A DNA stretch of 64,000 nt from Ophelia neglecta (GCA_965285935.1 OZ260661.1:43462001-43526000), one strand, 5' to 3'; positions 25,167 to 37,692 are shown, counted from the stretch's first letter. The notes: generated by a model not told the origin, from the letters alone. Numbers and translations are program-made.

Positions 25167-27487
25167 TACTTATCGTGTATGTCCTTCATGGACTTCTTTA
25201 ATATGAAATGATAAGGACATTTGTTTGTGCAGTAATGAAGCTTTTACATGCTTGCTTGACATTACTTTTTATATAGATTTTTTTTGCCAGCAGTTGGCCG
25301 TACTGCTTTTCATTTGGTCACTATTGTATTCCCAGTCATTTTCATGTCTACGTTACATGTATTTTAGCCGCACTATTTGTTCATTGTGTAATTGGTATCA
25401 TGTGGACTTTATTTGTATTGTGCATGCACTAGACAGCATACAATAAATTTAGTTAATCAAATAACTGTATTCCCGGAGTCTGTGAGAAGTCAATAGAACA
25501 TTGATGGTACCATATGGGGGCCCTCCCATTCATAGTGACTTGACTGATTCCAGTGATAGAGCATGGTGCTGGTACAGATCTAGTATGTTCCATATACCCT
25601 GATACCTATACCGATACCCCATCTGACCCTCCAGCTGACATTAACATGTCAATCCCTCCCCTTCCTATTGATCTGGAGGTATCTATTGGTACAAGTATAC
25701 CTCCTCTCATGGGGTATCATATCAAAAGGTCTCGACCCCATCAGCCTCATTATTAGTAAAGGTGGTGAAAAATGATCACACCTTCCCAGTATCGGGCTCT
25801 TCTCCCTGAGATGCTTATAAAGGGTGACAAGTTAGTCAAGTAGGAAATTGAGTTGCAGCCTCCAGGCAGCTTGGTAAAGTAGCTCCTTTTCACCTTTAGT
25901 ATTTGAAAATCTTGCTTCAGTGTGGAAGATGATGGGCTATGATAATACCTTTATATAGGCAGATATGGGATGAAGGACTAGTTTTCATTGTGAGTGTTCT
26001 TTCTAAATTTTAAATGCTATGTACTGCACTTTGATTCAATATGGCATGGTTTGTTTTGATGTCATACACCTCTTAATTTTTCCCATTCAAATCTAAAATG
26101 AATATCAGAAATTAATCCGTTTGTAGTTTACAAGTTAAGATAGCAATAAAAGACTTGATACTGGCTAATGATGTGAATGTGGCAAGTTTGATTAAGTTGC
26201 TCTGTTGGATATTTGGCTAGCCATTAATTTCATTGAAATTTGCTGAATCTTATCCAGCTAGTATCAAATTCAAACAGTCAATTTAAGATAAGAATGGCAA
26301 TAACATGTGAAAGTTTGCTGCTATCTCCCTGAAACTTTTCCCTCCAAATAGGCTGATGGTATTAAATGACGGTGGCTTTCACTGGCAGTCACCTATTCCC
26401 ATTGCCTTTACCAATTACCTACTGTCCTAAGGGCATGAGCTCTGCCCCTATGAAAAGAATATTTCTCAAAAATAAAGGAGTGGGCTATTCAGGAATGGCC
26501 TGAGGCTATCACTGCTGGGCAATACCATAGATCTCAAGTGTGGCCATACAGTCAGGGCTATCATCTTTATACCATCAATTGATAGCAACATGTGTTGTTT
26601 CCAAATTAAAAATTTGCATGCCAAGCTAGGAGATATTGTATGGGACAATGAACCCTTTAAAACGAAGAGCAAATTACTGGTGTACACCTATTGTGTGTCT
26701 GCTGTTTTATTACAGATTTCAGGCGCCACTGTGGTGATTGACCAAAGCTTGCTTTATAAAGTGCTAATAGCTTTATAGAGAAATTCAAGGTGATGAATGA
26801 GTGTCTGCAGTAACTGTGATGTACTTTAAATTGTACTAACAATAATGATTGTCACTTGTCAAAGACAATAATGACAATGTGAATGTTAAATTTCAAAGCT
26901 TAAAGTACATGTAGATGTTCCAAGTTAGTAGTCACTTTATTTTGGGATATTTTGTTTTGATCAGGCCTTATTTTGGGACATCCAAGATTTTGAAATATTT
27001 AAACTCCTAGACTTTACACATTGGCATATGTGAATGTTACAGCCAGAAAATTATACACAAGAAATATATCAGTTACTTAAATTAAAGCTGACATTTCTTT
27101 ATTGCTGTATAATAAGTTCAGCTTTCACAATGAGTCCATGTTTAATTTGAAGTCTGAAGGCTTCAAGCTTTGACAGCTTACTGGGTGAAATAACCACAAC
27201 ATTGTCTTTAACCTGGACATTGTCTTGTCCATCCATGCACTCTATCTAGCTATCTGAAGGTAAACTGTGATCTCCAAAAACACTTGACACACTACTGTGA
27301 AGGGCAGGCTGGCTGGATCCTCAGGGCTGATCCAGAATGGGAGTCTACCTCATTCTGACTCGGACTGAGAGAGCCATGTACTAGTAGTCAGGTTCAGAAT
27401 GAGAGAGCCACATATGTACCTTATTCTGGTACAGAATGAAAAAGTCATGGCTACCTCCCTTTTATCCAGAATGAAAAAGGTTTGGTT

Positions 27488-28210
27488 CCTCACTCTGATC
27501 CACAAGGACAGATTTAGGATTTCTTCACTCTGATCTACAATGTAGGAAGTTCTTACTCTGGTCCATAAGGACAGATTTTGGAAGTCCTCACTCTGATCCA
27601 CAAGGACAGATTTTGGAAGTCCTCACTCTGATCCACAAGGACAGATGGAGTTCCTCACTCTCATCCACAAGGACAGATGAAGGAAGTCCTCACTCTGGTC
27701 CACAAGGATATATGGGGGAGTTCCTAACTTTGATCAACAAAGACAAATGAAGGAAGTCCTCACTCTGATCCACAAGGACAGATGGAGGAAGTCCTCACTC
27801 TGATCCACAAGGACAGATGAAGGAAGTCCTCACTCTGATCCACAAGGACAGATGAAGGAAGTCCTCACTCTGATCCACAAGGACAGATGTATGAAGTCCT
27901 CACTCTGATCCACAAGGACAGATTAAGGAAGTCCTCACTCTGATCCACAAGGACAGATGGAGGAAGTCCTCACTCTGGTCCACAAGGACAGATGGAGGAA
28001 GTCCTCACTCTGGTCCACAAGGACAGATGGAGGAGTTCCTCACTCTGGTCCACAATGACAGATGGATGAGTTCCTTATTCTGATCCACAAGGACAGATTA
28101 AGGAAGTCCTCACTCTGATCCACAAGGATAGATGGAGGAAGTCCTCACTCTGGTCCACAAGGACAGATGAAGGGAGTTCCTCAGTCCAATCCACAAGGAA
28201 AGATGGATGG
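27488..28210. repeat. Minisatellite, ~20 copies of a 35-bp unit with decayed flanks
   Basis: Unit CCTCACTCTGATCCACAAGGACAGATGAAGGAAGT (e.g. 27828 and 27863). Degenerate copies extend to ~27320 and ~28430. Confidence 0.95.
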
Positions 28211-31200
28211 ACAGACGAGAATGAGAGATTGGTGGACAAGTATGAGAGACTGGTGCCATGGGTAACTCTGATGATGACAGAATATTGTGTTCTAGAATGA
28301 GATCAGAATGAAAGAGGACATGATTCCTCACTCTGATGAACTGCTGTTTCCTCACTCTTTTCCAACATTGGAGGAAGTGGTGCCCTGATGCAAAGTGAGA
28401 GAAGGTGGGTACCTCATTCTTGCAAAGAATTGGATATATTGGACTTATTATTACGTATACATTTACTATAGAAGGTTGTACTCCCTGGGTGTTTGATTGA
28501 TTTCCCTACTGTACATGGTGTGAACTTGTTATTACTTGACCTAGGGGACTAGTACAGGAACAGGCCAGTCGTTAGGTGTTCACCTCAGTAGCACCCTGCT
28601 ATCCACTGTGTGTATTTAAGGTGGACACTGCATGCCGCCAAACTGGTCAAATTCTATGACTTGATTGCTTAGGCTAACAAAAATTAGTTTGTTTTGAATA
28701 GATGTGGTTTCTGCATTCATCAACTTGTGGTTGGCTATTTCTGAGGCCAGTTGTGAGTTGCCACTCAAGTTACCTAGATGTTTGTTGAGTTTATACACCA
28801 GTGGAGGAGTTTCAATCATTTACGCATTATAGCTGGCAGAATATACTGCATGGAACAGGTGTAGGTATGTTCCATCTTTGTACTATTTTTTCAAAGTTAT
28901 TTCCTCACCTTTCCTGGTGGTTTACTAACAATGCATTACTGGCTGATAACTTACAGCCGCTATTCTATTGAATCATCAAAAGCTCCAGAAGAAGGTTACG
29001 TTATTTTCTTAGCTGTTTTATCAGGATGGTTAAAAGATGTATTTTGGTTTGAATGCCCATTGGCATGAATTTCTACTTCACCTGCCTTTTGTATCATGAT
29101 TTGAAATCTGTAAAGACTGGTACAGTCAGAATCCAAGGATTTGATCAATCATTAGGCCTGATAGCCTTCCTTTTAGAATGATTTAGATGACAGTTACGGG
29201 ATGATGATTGGTTGTAAGCAGATTTGATTGACCAGCCTAATACTTTCAAGTCCTTTTAAAGTCACAGTACCCATTTTCTCCATCACATGAAAGACTATAA
29301 CTCTTATTATGTGGTTATGCATTGATAAAAGTGTTGATTTTTTCAAAAGAAAGTACGGAGTAAGATTTACAAGTCACATTAAATACCAGGCACCCACAAA
29401 TGCATTGCTGAGTACATCAGATATGAAATAAGAATACTAATTTCCTCCTTGATCTGGAAATAAAACTTTGGTGCGCAGTTTGGTATCCTACTTCTTTTGT
29501 ATTTGACATTTGAGCATGTCCTTAATGTTTTATTGTGATTTGAAATGGATTCCCTTGGTTAATATTTTCAAAACATGTTTAATCCAATTCTTCACCAGTC
29601 ATTTGTCACGATTGTGTCAGTTCAGCCAGATAAGATTGGTCTTTTTTGCACTGTAAATGAAAAACTTAATCCCCAAAGTGATTTATTATGAATCTGTTCA
29701 TTAAGTAAATAGAATGTGCGTGTGTTCTTTCATCACTTGTCAAGTAATCTTCCTGTTTTGTTTTATGGCAATCTCATTACACTGAGATTATAGCCACCAT
29801 TTTTGTCTCAACAATGCTTGCGATTCTCCAGTTGGTGTGAGCAGGCACCTCATTTATTTATTTTTCGAAATAAAACATATTGGAATTCAGGGCTATAAAG
29901 TGTAAATAGCAATATCTTCTTTCATGGATTTTCTTCTTCAAATTTCCTGGTTAAAAATACATACAAATAGAAGTGCTCATGAAAAAATTACTACAGCTAA
30001 TAGGAGATTAGAGCGACCTTTTATGTCAAGCTAGATTAATATACAATAAAAATGATAAATTTTCATGAAATGTTTATGCTGTGCATTTATCTTCTCATGC
30101 ACTACATGATATTTTTGTACATCTCCATTTCATATCATATTCATTGTTTATGTTCTAGAAAACAAATTAAGCATGTTCCCTAATTTTGCTGCTAAATTTT
30201 CTAATACACGTTTATCACAGCTGGCATGAAATACGCTCATTTCCTCCATCACAGGCATGGCTAGGATAATTAAAAATAAAATCTGCCATGCAAATGATTG
30301 TAGGGGTTAGACTCTATTACGAGGCACCATGATCTCCATAACAATCCAGCTATGACTCAGAGTGTGAGTGAGAGAGGGGGGGGGGGGGGTTGAATAACTG
30401 GCAATGACTGACAAATTTGCTGTCCACAATAATGTCTTCCTCACAATCCTGGGTCATAATTTGAGCAACAAAAATCAATATGAATTATCTATAGAGCAAT
30501 GTGAGAATGATAATCTAACAGAGCTGTCAATAGTACTGATAATTTGGGCACTTCATAATTTATTTTATTACCAAATGCAAAAAGACATTTTCTCCACAAA
30601 GATTGGCACACTAACATGATCATTGTCTCTGGTCCCAGTTTGTCTCTCGGTACTGGGACCATTCATGTTATCCGATTCAGCACATTTATCACAATGGAGC
30701 TGGATGACTCTTATTCTTACTTGCCTGCATGAGGAAATATAAAGTGGTGTTGTAGGCTTTAAGGATTGTTAATAGTGAACTTAGGAGAGATAGTTGGGAA
30801 GACTGCTTTTGTCAAATATAAACTGCAAACATCCTTCTTAGTGTTGGAGGGATGATAGGGACAGATAAAATATGAAAAAACAGACTAGATATCTGCACAT
30901 AATCTTCGATGCCTGGCTCATTAATTGCAAATTTTGTTGTTATTGAGCTGACAAGAGTGATAAAAACGCTCTCAGATCCATGTGATAGACAGATAATGAT
31001 GGAAATTAGGACTTATGTCTGGCCGTAAAGAGAGTGACACCTTTACATTCTTATTGATTTGTTCAAGTGTTTCTTAATAGGCCAATTTATGACTTGCCAT
31101 TGCTCAGAATTGGTTCTCAAAATGGCTGCAAATTATCAATGTCATATATTTTATCAAGGAGCATTTTTGTTGATGTATAAAATTTTAATGTGTAACATTA

Positions 31201-32868
31201 TAATTGTAATAAAAGTATATTTTTGTCATGTTCACACGAAAGAGGGGTGGCCAAGAGTCAATTACAGTACAATTGGCTCATGACTCCATTTGATATATTT
31301 TCTTTATCCCCTGCCTTACTGTATGACATTGTATATGTTGCAATCATTAATAATTTACTCTATGACATTACAATAATTAATGATATGGATTTATTAATAG
31401 TGTCCATTAAAACAGTTTGCTATTTTGTTGCCTATTCCCTCAGTACCTGCATACTCCAGATAAAATATTATCATTACATGATTAATATACCATGTCTGTG
31501 CTGTGTTATTCAGCAAAGGGACTTATAATCCTGTCACCATGGTGTGGGGCTGAACTACCGGCACTTCACAGTGTCATTCTACAAGCTGCATACCTTTATT
31601 AACATGAATTGGCAATATGGATCAGACTTTTATTTACAGACTATTTCAATGGTAAACACAATTACATGTCAATAAGTAAAAGGTACATGCTTAAATAGTA
31701 ATCTATGAAAGTAAAATTGGAATTCTATCACGACAAATATGATTTTAATATTTTCTATTGGTCATATGCATTATATTTTGTATTTTATATTTTAAAATAA
31801 GGATTCAGATTTCATTGACCACTACATTTTCATCACCTTGTAGATATAGCCCCACTTTAATTTGCTTTCATTGTGGCATCGGAACATTTGGTGCATTTCT
31901 TACTGGAGGAGAGTTATGTTGATAGCATGTTTGTGGCTATTTTAGCATGGATATATCATGTAATTGCTGTTCAGGTGTCTGTTGCCCAATGGTACTTTAC
32001 CCTATTTAACATAAGATTTCACCATTTCCTGTCAGTAAGTTGTAGTTCCTGTGTAGCTTTATAAGTAGTTGCCAGGCGAGTGGGTGTGGTTAGACGATAT
32101 ATATTTTAAATTGCTACCTGTTAGATGTATACTGTCTACAAGCCCAAGCTATCAAGTGTCTTTGGGACTGTTTGCCCACGACATACCTCTGGGCTTTGAG
32201 CCTCAGGTATAATGAAGCCCAGTGGCCAGGTTTGACACTGTGTGGACATAGCCTGACCTCCTGGTAAGGGACCAACCCTTAAGAAGGATGTTCTAAGTCC
32301 TTAAGGGTTTCAAGTAGGATTGATAAAGCTTGGCCATTGAATGTTGCTGCTTTTTATCAAATAGTATGATCCCTTGACACCAGGCCACTTAAAAACTTGT
32401 TTTATTCCACATTCTATTTCAGCTATAAACTGGGTGCCATAATAACAGCTACAAATAGTTTTAAAATGTCTGAACCTTCACTTAGGACTTGTGTTTATCC
32501 CTAAATACATGAAATGTTAAGTGAAAGGTGTAGTTTTATTAAGCATGGCTAGTTGATACAGGTGGAATATCAGAAATTTCCAATTTACGCTAAGTCTTGA
32601 ACTCACAATGATAATGGTGTATGGTACTTGAGTTGCCCAGGAGAGTGTCATAAACTGCATACCAGGCAACTAGGTTATCAATTATGTATGGTTGCCATAT
32701 TCCAAGACCAGTAGATGTATGAATTCTTGTTTGTCAAAGGGTTATTATGATTATATAGGTTCAGTCTACAGCTGTGTTGATCGTGGTAATTTAATTTTAT
32801 TATGGTTTTATTTGAGAGCTTGTTAGTTCATATAAAGGATCATGGTTCAAGCTGTACATGTATTCCAA

Positions 32869-33013
32869 TTAAATCTCCCAAACCAAGTAACAAAGGCAAA
32901 GCAAGTATAGAATTGCAGAAAAACTACTGCTACATTTTATTTTACCAAACAATAATATGACTGTCAAAGACATGTCCCATGTGAGTGTGACACTACAGTG
33001 TTTAATTTATCCC
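32869..33013 (-). repeat. Split direct repeat B2 (3' end of the element)
   Basis: 145-bp copy of B1; contains AATAAA on the element strand (TTTATT at 32936-32941). Confidence 0.95.
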
Positions 33014-33249
33014 TGCCAATAACAGCAGAATATAGTGAGACTCAAAATATATTATGTCCCTAATTAAGTCTCATAAAGTTACAGTGACTTGTGAAATCAC
33101 TTAAATGTTTATCACTTTACAAAGCACTAGTCCATCTCTTGAATGCTGTAAGGAGCACTAGTCTGTCAGCTGAAAGATAAGCAGGTCAAAGACAACTTAC
33201 ATAATTGAAAGTAAACCTGGCCTGGTGGTTGAGAGGGGTTGGAGGTGGG

Positions 33250-33585
33250 GCAAAAAAAACAGGAGCTGCCTTGCCGCCTGCCCAAGAGAGACTGAAGGAA
33301 AAGGGTAGGGGATTCACCAAGAGAACCCTAATGCACTAATGAGGAGAGGAGTTAATAAAACCAGTGTGGGTTTTATTGCCTAGCTAGGAGAAGTGCCTAG
33401 AACACAAGAGGCCGTTCACTTTGAACTCAATTCTCCTCTCCTCTGGAAAATAAGTCTGGACAAAGCGCCATTGATACAGAAATATAAGTTAGAAAGTTTA
33501 TGGCCTTGATCAGGGGAGGCCAGGCTGATTAGCTGGTCACTTGTTACCCAGTGAAATTTAACCCCACTTTTATTAAAGTGTTATT
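33250..33585 (-). repeat. Split direct repeat A2
   Basis: 336 bp, matches 37694-38029. Confidence 0.95.
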
Positions 33586-33729
33586 TAAATCTCCCAAACC
33601 AAGTAACAAAGGCAAAGCAAGTATAGAATTGCAGAAAAACTACTGCTACATTTTATTTTACCAAACAATAATATGACTGTCAAAGACATGTCCCATGTGA
33701 GTGTGACACTACAGTGTTTAATTTATCCC
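33585..33729 (-). repeat. Split direct repeat B1
   Basis: 145 bp, matches 32869-33013; directly abuts A2. Confidence 0.95.
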
Positions 33730-33737
33730 AAATCCAA

Positions 33738-34744
33738 TCAGAGAGAGACAGGTAGTTTGTAGTTAAACAAGTTCATGGCCCTCCAGCGAACCTCCATTGG
33801 GATGGCTACATAACTGAGGTAAGCAGAGCTCCGCCAGTCCCCCAGGAGCCTGATCACCTCCCCCGGGACCCCCTGGGCAAAAGCCCAAGTGGCGCCACCT
33901 CGCCGAAAAGAGTGAGTGGCATAATCTGAAGGTGAAAGCCCAATGGAAGACAGTTTCCCTCGCAGGATGGACAAGAACTTATCATACAGAAGGGGGGTAA
34001 TGCCCTTCGGACCCAGGATCAAGAAAGCAGGGCCAGCCTCGTCTGGGGAAGGGACAGCCGAAAAGGCATTGGCAATAGCAGTCACAGGGCACAGAGGGTG
34101 ATTGGGCATGCAAGCTAGTGGGGTACGCAACTTCCTTTCCTGAAATTGGTTATTCTTTGCCCATCTACTAATAACAACAAGCGTCCACTGGTCCGAAGAA
34201 CGGCCAAAGGAGAAATCAGTCCGAGACAGGTGTTTCAGTGGTTGGAAGCCATTAATGGAGGGGGGGAAAACATTGCTCTTTCTCAAAAGTCCAAAGAACA
34301 TAAGAAGTGTTGCTCCCCAGAAAACTAGATCAGTTGGGTCTGACAAGTTTAATGTGTAGCGTAGCCGTAACAGTATCTCAGGTGTCATAGGTAGCTTGGC
34401 CTTAATGCTGGCTCCTTTAACTCGTTTCATTCCCCTTAGGACAGAGGTAAGCAGCCAGTTATCAAGGAGTGGGTTAGGTGCACCCCATTCAATGTGAAGC
34501 ATTCTAATGCCATATAAGTACTGGCGTACGGTTTGGTACTTTCTAGTTTTCCCAAGGAGCGCCACATACCGGCAAAGGGTGGCTGGGGAGCCCGGGACAG
34601 GCGTATATCCCAAATGATGACAAAAACGCAGGTAGAAATTAATGTGTGTTTTATAAGCCATCTTCGTGCTTGTTGATAGAGTATTGGTCCTATACCACGC
34701 TACATCTCGATCGATCTCCTCCTCACACAACCGAGGTTGGCCAC
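33738..34744 (-). CDS. Tyrosine recombinase ORF3 of the YR retrotransposon
   Basis: Catalytic residues intact: GLLRKSN (R), WAKNNQ (K), HSFRRGGAT (H-x-x-R), GDWRS (W), AYLSY (Y). Overlaps the end of ORF2. Confidence 0.94.
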
Positions 34745-36412
34745 CTGTGGAAGTAAAGTAAGTAGGGCTGTAGGGGCCATATGCTTGATGAGTGAAAGCA
34801 CAAATGAGTCAAGATCATCAGGTGTTAGATAAACCTGGTTTAAAAGGGCCCATTGCAATAACGTGTTGTTGTGGGCCAACCTTGATACTGTGTCCGCAAA
34901 AAGATTGTGTTTGCCTGGCAAATAAGTAGCTACCACATCAAAATCATAATTAGCTGATAGCCAAAATAGCTCACGAATGCAGTCCATCATACTTGGGTCT
35001 CTAGTAGTGCCCTTGTTTATCATTTGCATTGCGGCTTGATTGTCCGTAAAGATTAGAATCCTGCACCCGGCCCAGGCAGCCGCCCAGCGTTGTGCAGCCA
35101 GTAGCACTGATATAGCCTCTTTATGGTTAATATGTAACTTGCTGAGATGTGGTAGGTCTGAACACCAGTTAGTGTACAGCCAGTCATTTTCAAAAACAAC
35201 ACCAGAACCTGTGATGCAACTATCGACTTCTATAGCCTTAGTCTGCCTGTGAAAAGTAGATCTGATGAGTCTGCCATGAAACTGGTCAAAGAATTTTAGC
35301 CACCAGTTTATGTCCATGTGGAAGTCTAGGTCAAGCTTTAACTTGTGTTTAGGTTGTGCCAAGCAATCTATTGAGTTGATTATACGCCGGAGGAAAGTCC
35401 TACCTCCCCGTACAACCTGTGAAGCCCAGTTAAGTTTACCAGCCAAACTTTGCAACTGTGTGCGGGTAGCATGACGCCTGTCAGAAAAAGTAATTAGCAA
35501 ACATTTTAATTCTCCCACTTTAGCCAGTGGCAGGGAAATTGCCATATCCCTGGAATCAATGAGGATGCCTAGAAATATCAAGGAAGTGGTTGGGGGTTCT
35601 ACTTTATTGTAAGAAATGCTAAAGCCTAGTGACCGCAGCAAACGGAGAAGTTCCATCAAACCCTCCTGGCATTCCTGCTTTGTCCTGCCAATGATAATCC
35701 AGTCATCAAGGTACACAACTGTCATATCATACCCCCTGCGAACCATCATTCTCCGAACACTTTGAGTAAGCCGATTGAAAATACCGGGGGATCTACGAGC
35801 CCCAAAGGGTAGCCTTGAATCAATCATGAAAGTTTGTTTTCTATTTCCGGGAAACTTAAATTTTAGGCCGGTGATCTTGTAATCATCCGGATGAACCCTA
35901 ACTGACCGATATGCACTTTCTAGATCTACCTTTGCCATATAGTAATTCTGTTCTATAAAGTCTAGAGCATTTTGTAGAGACTGGTACTTTACAGGCTCAA
36001 GTGAGGCATAATCGTTAACTGCCTTCTTCTCTGGTCGACTGCAATCATGAATCAGTCGAACCTTACCATTGGGTTTTGGTATAGCTCCCAGAGCACTTAT
36101 AATTGTAGGCTTTTCTTGAACAATTTGATAGTGGTTATTGTCAAGTTCAACCTGTACCTGATCTATCACCTTTTTGTAATTATCTCCCTCCCAAAGAGAT
36201 TTGTAATTATCTGTCTCAGCAGGGGAGGGATCAGAACCTATGTCCGTCAGACGGAAACCATTTTCAATTCCCTCAAGTAAGAAGTCAATATCAGGGTCAT
36301 TATTTTCTAAAAGTTCATTACGCCAATTTTCAATGTGATCAGACAGTGAGTGAGAATGATGGTTGATGGGTGGGGCCGAGCTGGCTAGTGCTGAGTGGCG
36401 TTTTTTGATGCT
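34700..36412 (-). CDS. Reverse transcriptase / RNase H ORF2 of the YR retrotransposon
   Basis: Motifs PKPNGKVRLIHDCS, KVDLESAYR, LPFGARRSP, YLDD; RNase H VDSC, HINHKE, FTDN, NLFADTVSR. The frame stays open upstream of the ORF-track start (36169) to 36412 without an ATG (DFLLEGIENGFRL, DNYKS). Confidence 0.93.
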   Translation of the reverse strand, partial: SIKKRHSALASSAPPINHHSHSLSDHIENWRNELLENNDPDIDFLLEGIENGFRLTDIGSDPSPAETDNYKSLWEGDNYKKVIDQVQVELDNNHYQIVQEKPTIISALGAIPKPNGKVRLIHDCSRPEKKAVNDYASLEPVKYQSLQNALDFIEQNYYMAKVDLESAYRSVRVHPDDYKITGLKFKFPGNRKQTFMIDSRLPFGARRSPGIFNRLTQSVRRMMVRRGYDMTVVYLDDWIIIGRTKQECQEGLMELLRLLRSLGFSISYNKVEPPTTSLIFLGILIDSRDMAISLPLAKVGELKCLLITFSDRRHATRTQLQSLAGKLNWASQVVRGGRTFLRRIINSIDCLAQPKHKLKLDLDFHMDINWWLKFFDQFHGRLIRSTFHRQTKAIEVDSCITGSGVVFENDWLYTNWCSDLPHLSKLHINHKEAISVLLAAQRWAAAWAGCRILIFTDNQAAMQMINKGTTRDPSMMDCIRELFWLSANYDFDVVATYLPGKHNLFADTVSRLAHNNTLLQWALLNQVYLTPDDLDSFVLSLIKHMAPTALLTLLPQVANLGCVRRRSIEM

Positions 36413-37692
36413 TCATGGTGAACAGCAGCATGCTTACCAAAACAAATCGAACATATGTGTATAAATTTGCAATCTGGGAAAGTGCACTGGCCATGATTAA
36501 ATTTTAGACATAGCTGAATGCCTGTTTTTGGGTCAACTGGTTTTTGGAAAGCAGACTGCTGTCTTTTACGATCTTTCTGCTGGGGAGTAGGGTGAAACTT
36601 CATCTCTCTCAGATGGACATCGGACAAATGTTTTATGTCAACACCCCAAGGGAAACCACGCGAGGCTTGGAGTTGCCTGTACTCCCGATCATAGAGCAAA
36701 ACGGATTCGAATTCATACCGAGTGGCTAGCTGGTGAATTTTAACTGTATATGCCAGATAGTTGGATATCCCTCTCCCGTGTATAACCCCTGTTTCTGTCA
36801 GTTTATTAAGTATGCGTGCATTCGCCATACCCCATTGATTTATGGAAATTTTGTGGAGGGCTGGGCGGCGGGGGCCTGCTTCATATATTAATTTCCCACC
36901 TGACCCTGGGACTTCAATCCTCTCTTTCTCAACCAAATAGCCAGGAATAAAGTCAATAATGTCAAGGTATTGAACCTGCCTACCTGAGGAGCCAAGAAGC
37001 ACATCTGCATCATGATATTCCATGCTGGAAGCCATCAGAACATCACGTTGTTGATTATGAATGTTTTGTCCTGTCAGGGCCGTGTACTGTCCAAATTGTC
37101 CAAGTTGTCCAAAATCTGGTTGAGCTTTTGGCAGATTTCCACTCATGCCTGGGGCCAGCACTGCGGTTGGGGCCAGGGAAGAACATTTGTTTAGTCTTTT
37201 TAGTGCCAAAACTTGACTGAAGGGGAGGGGTTCCAAGCCTCCCCCATCCCTTCGGTCGATTAGCTCTCCAACTGCTTCCTTATCCAGCATAAGCACTCTT
37301 TCCATAGTGTCAAAACCTTCGTCCTCCAGCCATGATATGGTATTGGGGCCCAAATTAGCTTTTGTTAAAAAGAGTTTCAGTTGCTCCTTAGATGATGGTG
37401 CCAGGGTTTCCTCAGCCGAGATGACTGTTGACCGATCAGGTATCACTTGGTTGGGTTGTGTAGGGCGCCGACCCCCAACCATGGCTGAAGAGCGTTGAGC
37501 TTGTGGTGTGCTGTTAAACATTGGCCCTGCTTGGCCCACCATGTTTCCAGCCGACACCATGTTCTCTGTTGCTGTGCTACCTACAGGAAGGTGTCCAGGG
37601 GGAAATCCCTGGAAGGCTGTGTCCATTGAGCCATACGCCATAGCTCCGAGCTGACCATAGTTGGACATAGAATTTTCCCACACAGAATTCAT
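36385..37692 (-). CDS. Gag-like ORF1 of the YR retrotransposon (~435 aa) with C-terminal Cys/His zinc fingers
   Basis: First ATG (MNSVWE) sits immediately after A1. Contains VLLYDREYRQLQA..W and terminal CLKFNHGQCTFPDCKFIHICSICFGKH, typical of DIRS-order ORF1. Confidence 0.85.
   Translation of the reverse strand: MNSVWENSMSNYGQLGAMAYGSMDTAFQGFPPGHLPVGSTATENMVSAGNMVGQAGPMFNSTPQAQRSSAMVGGRRPTQPNQVIPDRSTVISAEETLAPSSKEQLKLFLTKANLGPNTISWLEDEGFDTMERVLMLDKEAVGELIDRRDGGGLEPLPFSQVLALKRLNKCSSLAPTAVLAPGMSGNLPKAQPDFGQLGQFGQYTALTGQNIHNQQRDVLMASSMEYHDADVLLGSSGRQVQYLDIIDFIPGYLVEKERIEVPGSGGKLIYEAGPRRPALHKISINQWGMANARILNKLTETGVIHGRGISNYLAYTVKIHQLATRYEFESVLLYDREYRQLQASRGFPWGVDIKHLSDVHLREMKFHPTPQQKDRKRQQSAFQKPVDPKTGIQLCLKFNHGQCTFPDCKFIHICSICFGKHAAVHHEASKNATQH
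36400..36406 (-). promoter_or_regulatory. Predicted -1 ribosomal frameshift slippery heptamer A_AAA_AAC (gag to pol)
   Basis: In the gag frame TCA AAA AAC lies inside the 28-nt gag/pol overlap; pol is in the -1 frame and has no ATG of its own in this region. Confidence 0.7.

Noticed and set aside
27488-28210. CRISPR-like array (35-bp period; likewise the 47-bp array at 8.0-8.5 kb)
   Set aside because: Units are head-to-tail with no unique spacers, there are no cas genes, and the context is eukaryotic; these are minisatellites. The ORFs over them are repeat artefacts.
9000-32800. Numerous 60-150-aa ORFs (e.g. 12634-13062, 21053-21496, 24257-24706)
   Set aside because: Composition typical of translated AT-rich non-coding DNA, mostly non-ATG starts, no domain motifs or consistent exon chains; no LRR or LDLa exons recognised.
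33738-34730. Phage integrase or bacterial contamination
   Set aside because: The recombinase is embedded in a gag-RT-RNase H unit with retroelement repeats and flanked by spliceosomal genes.
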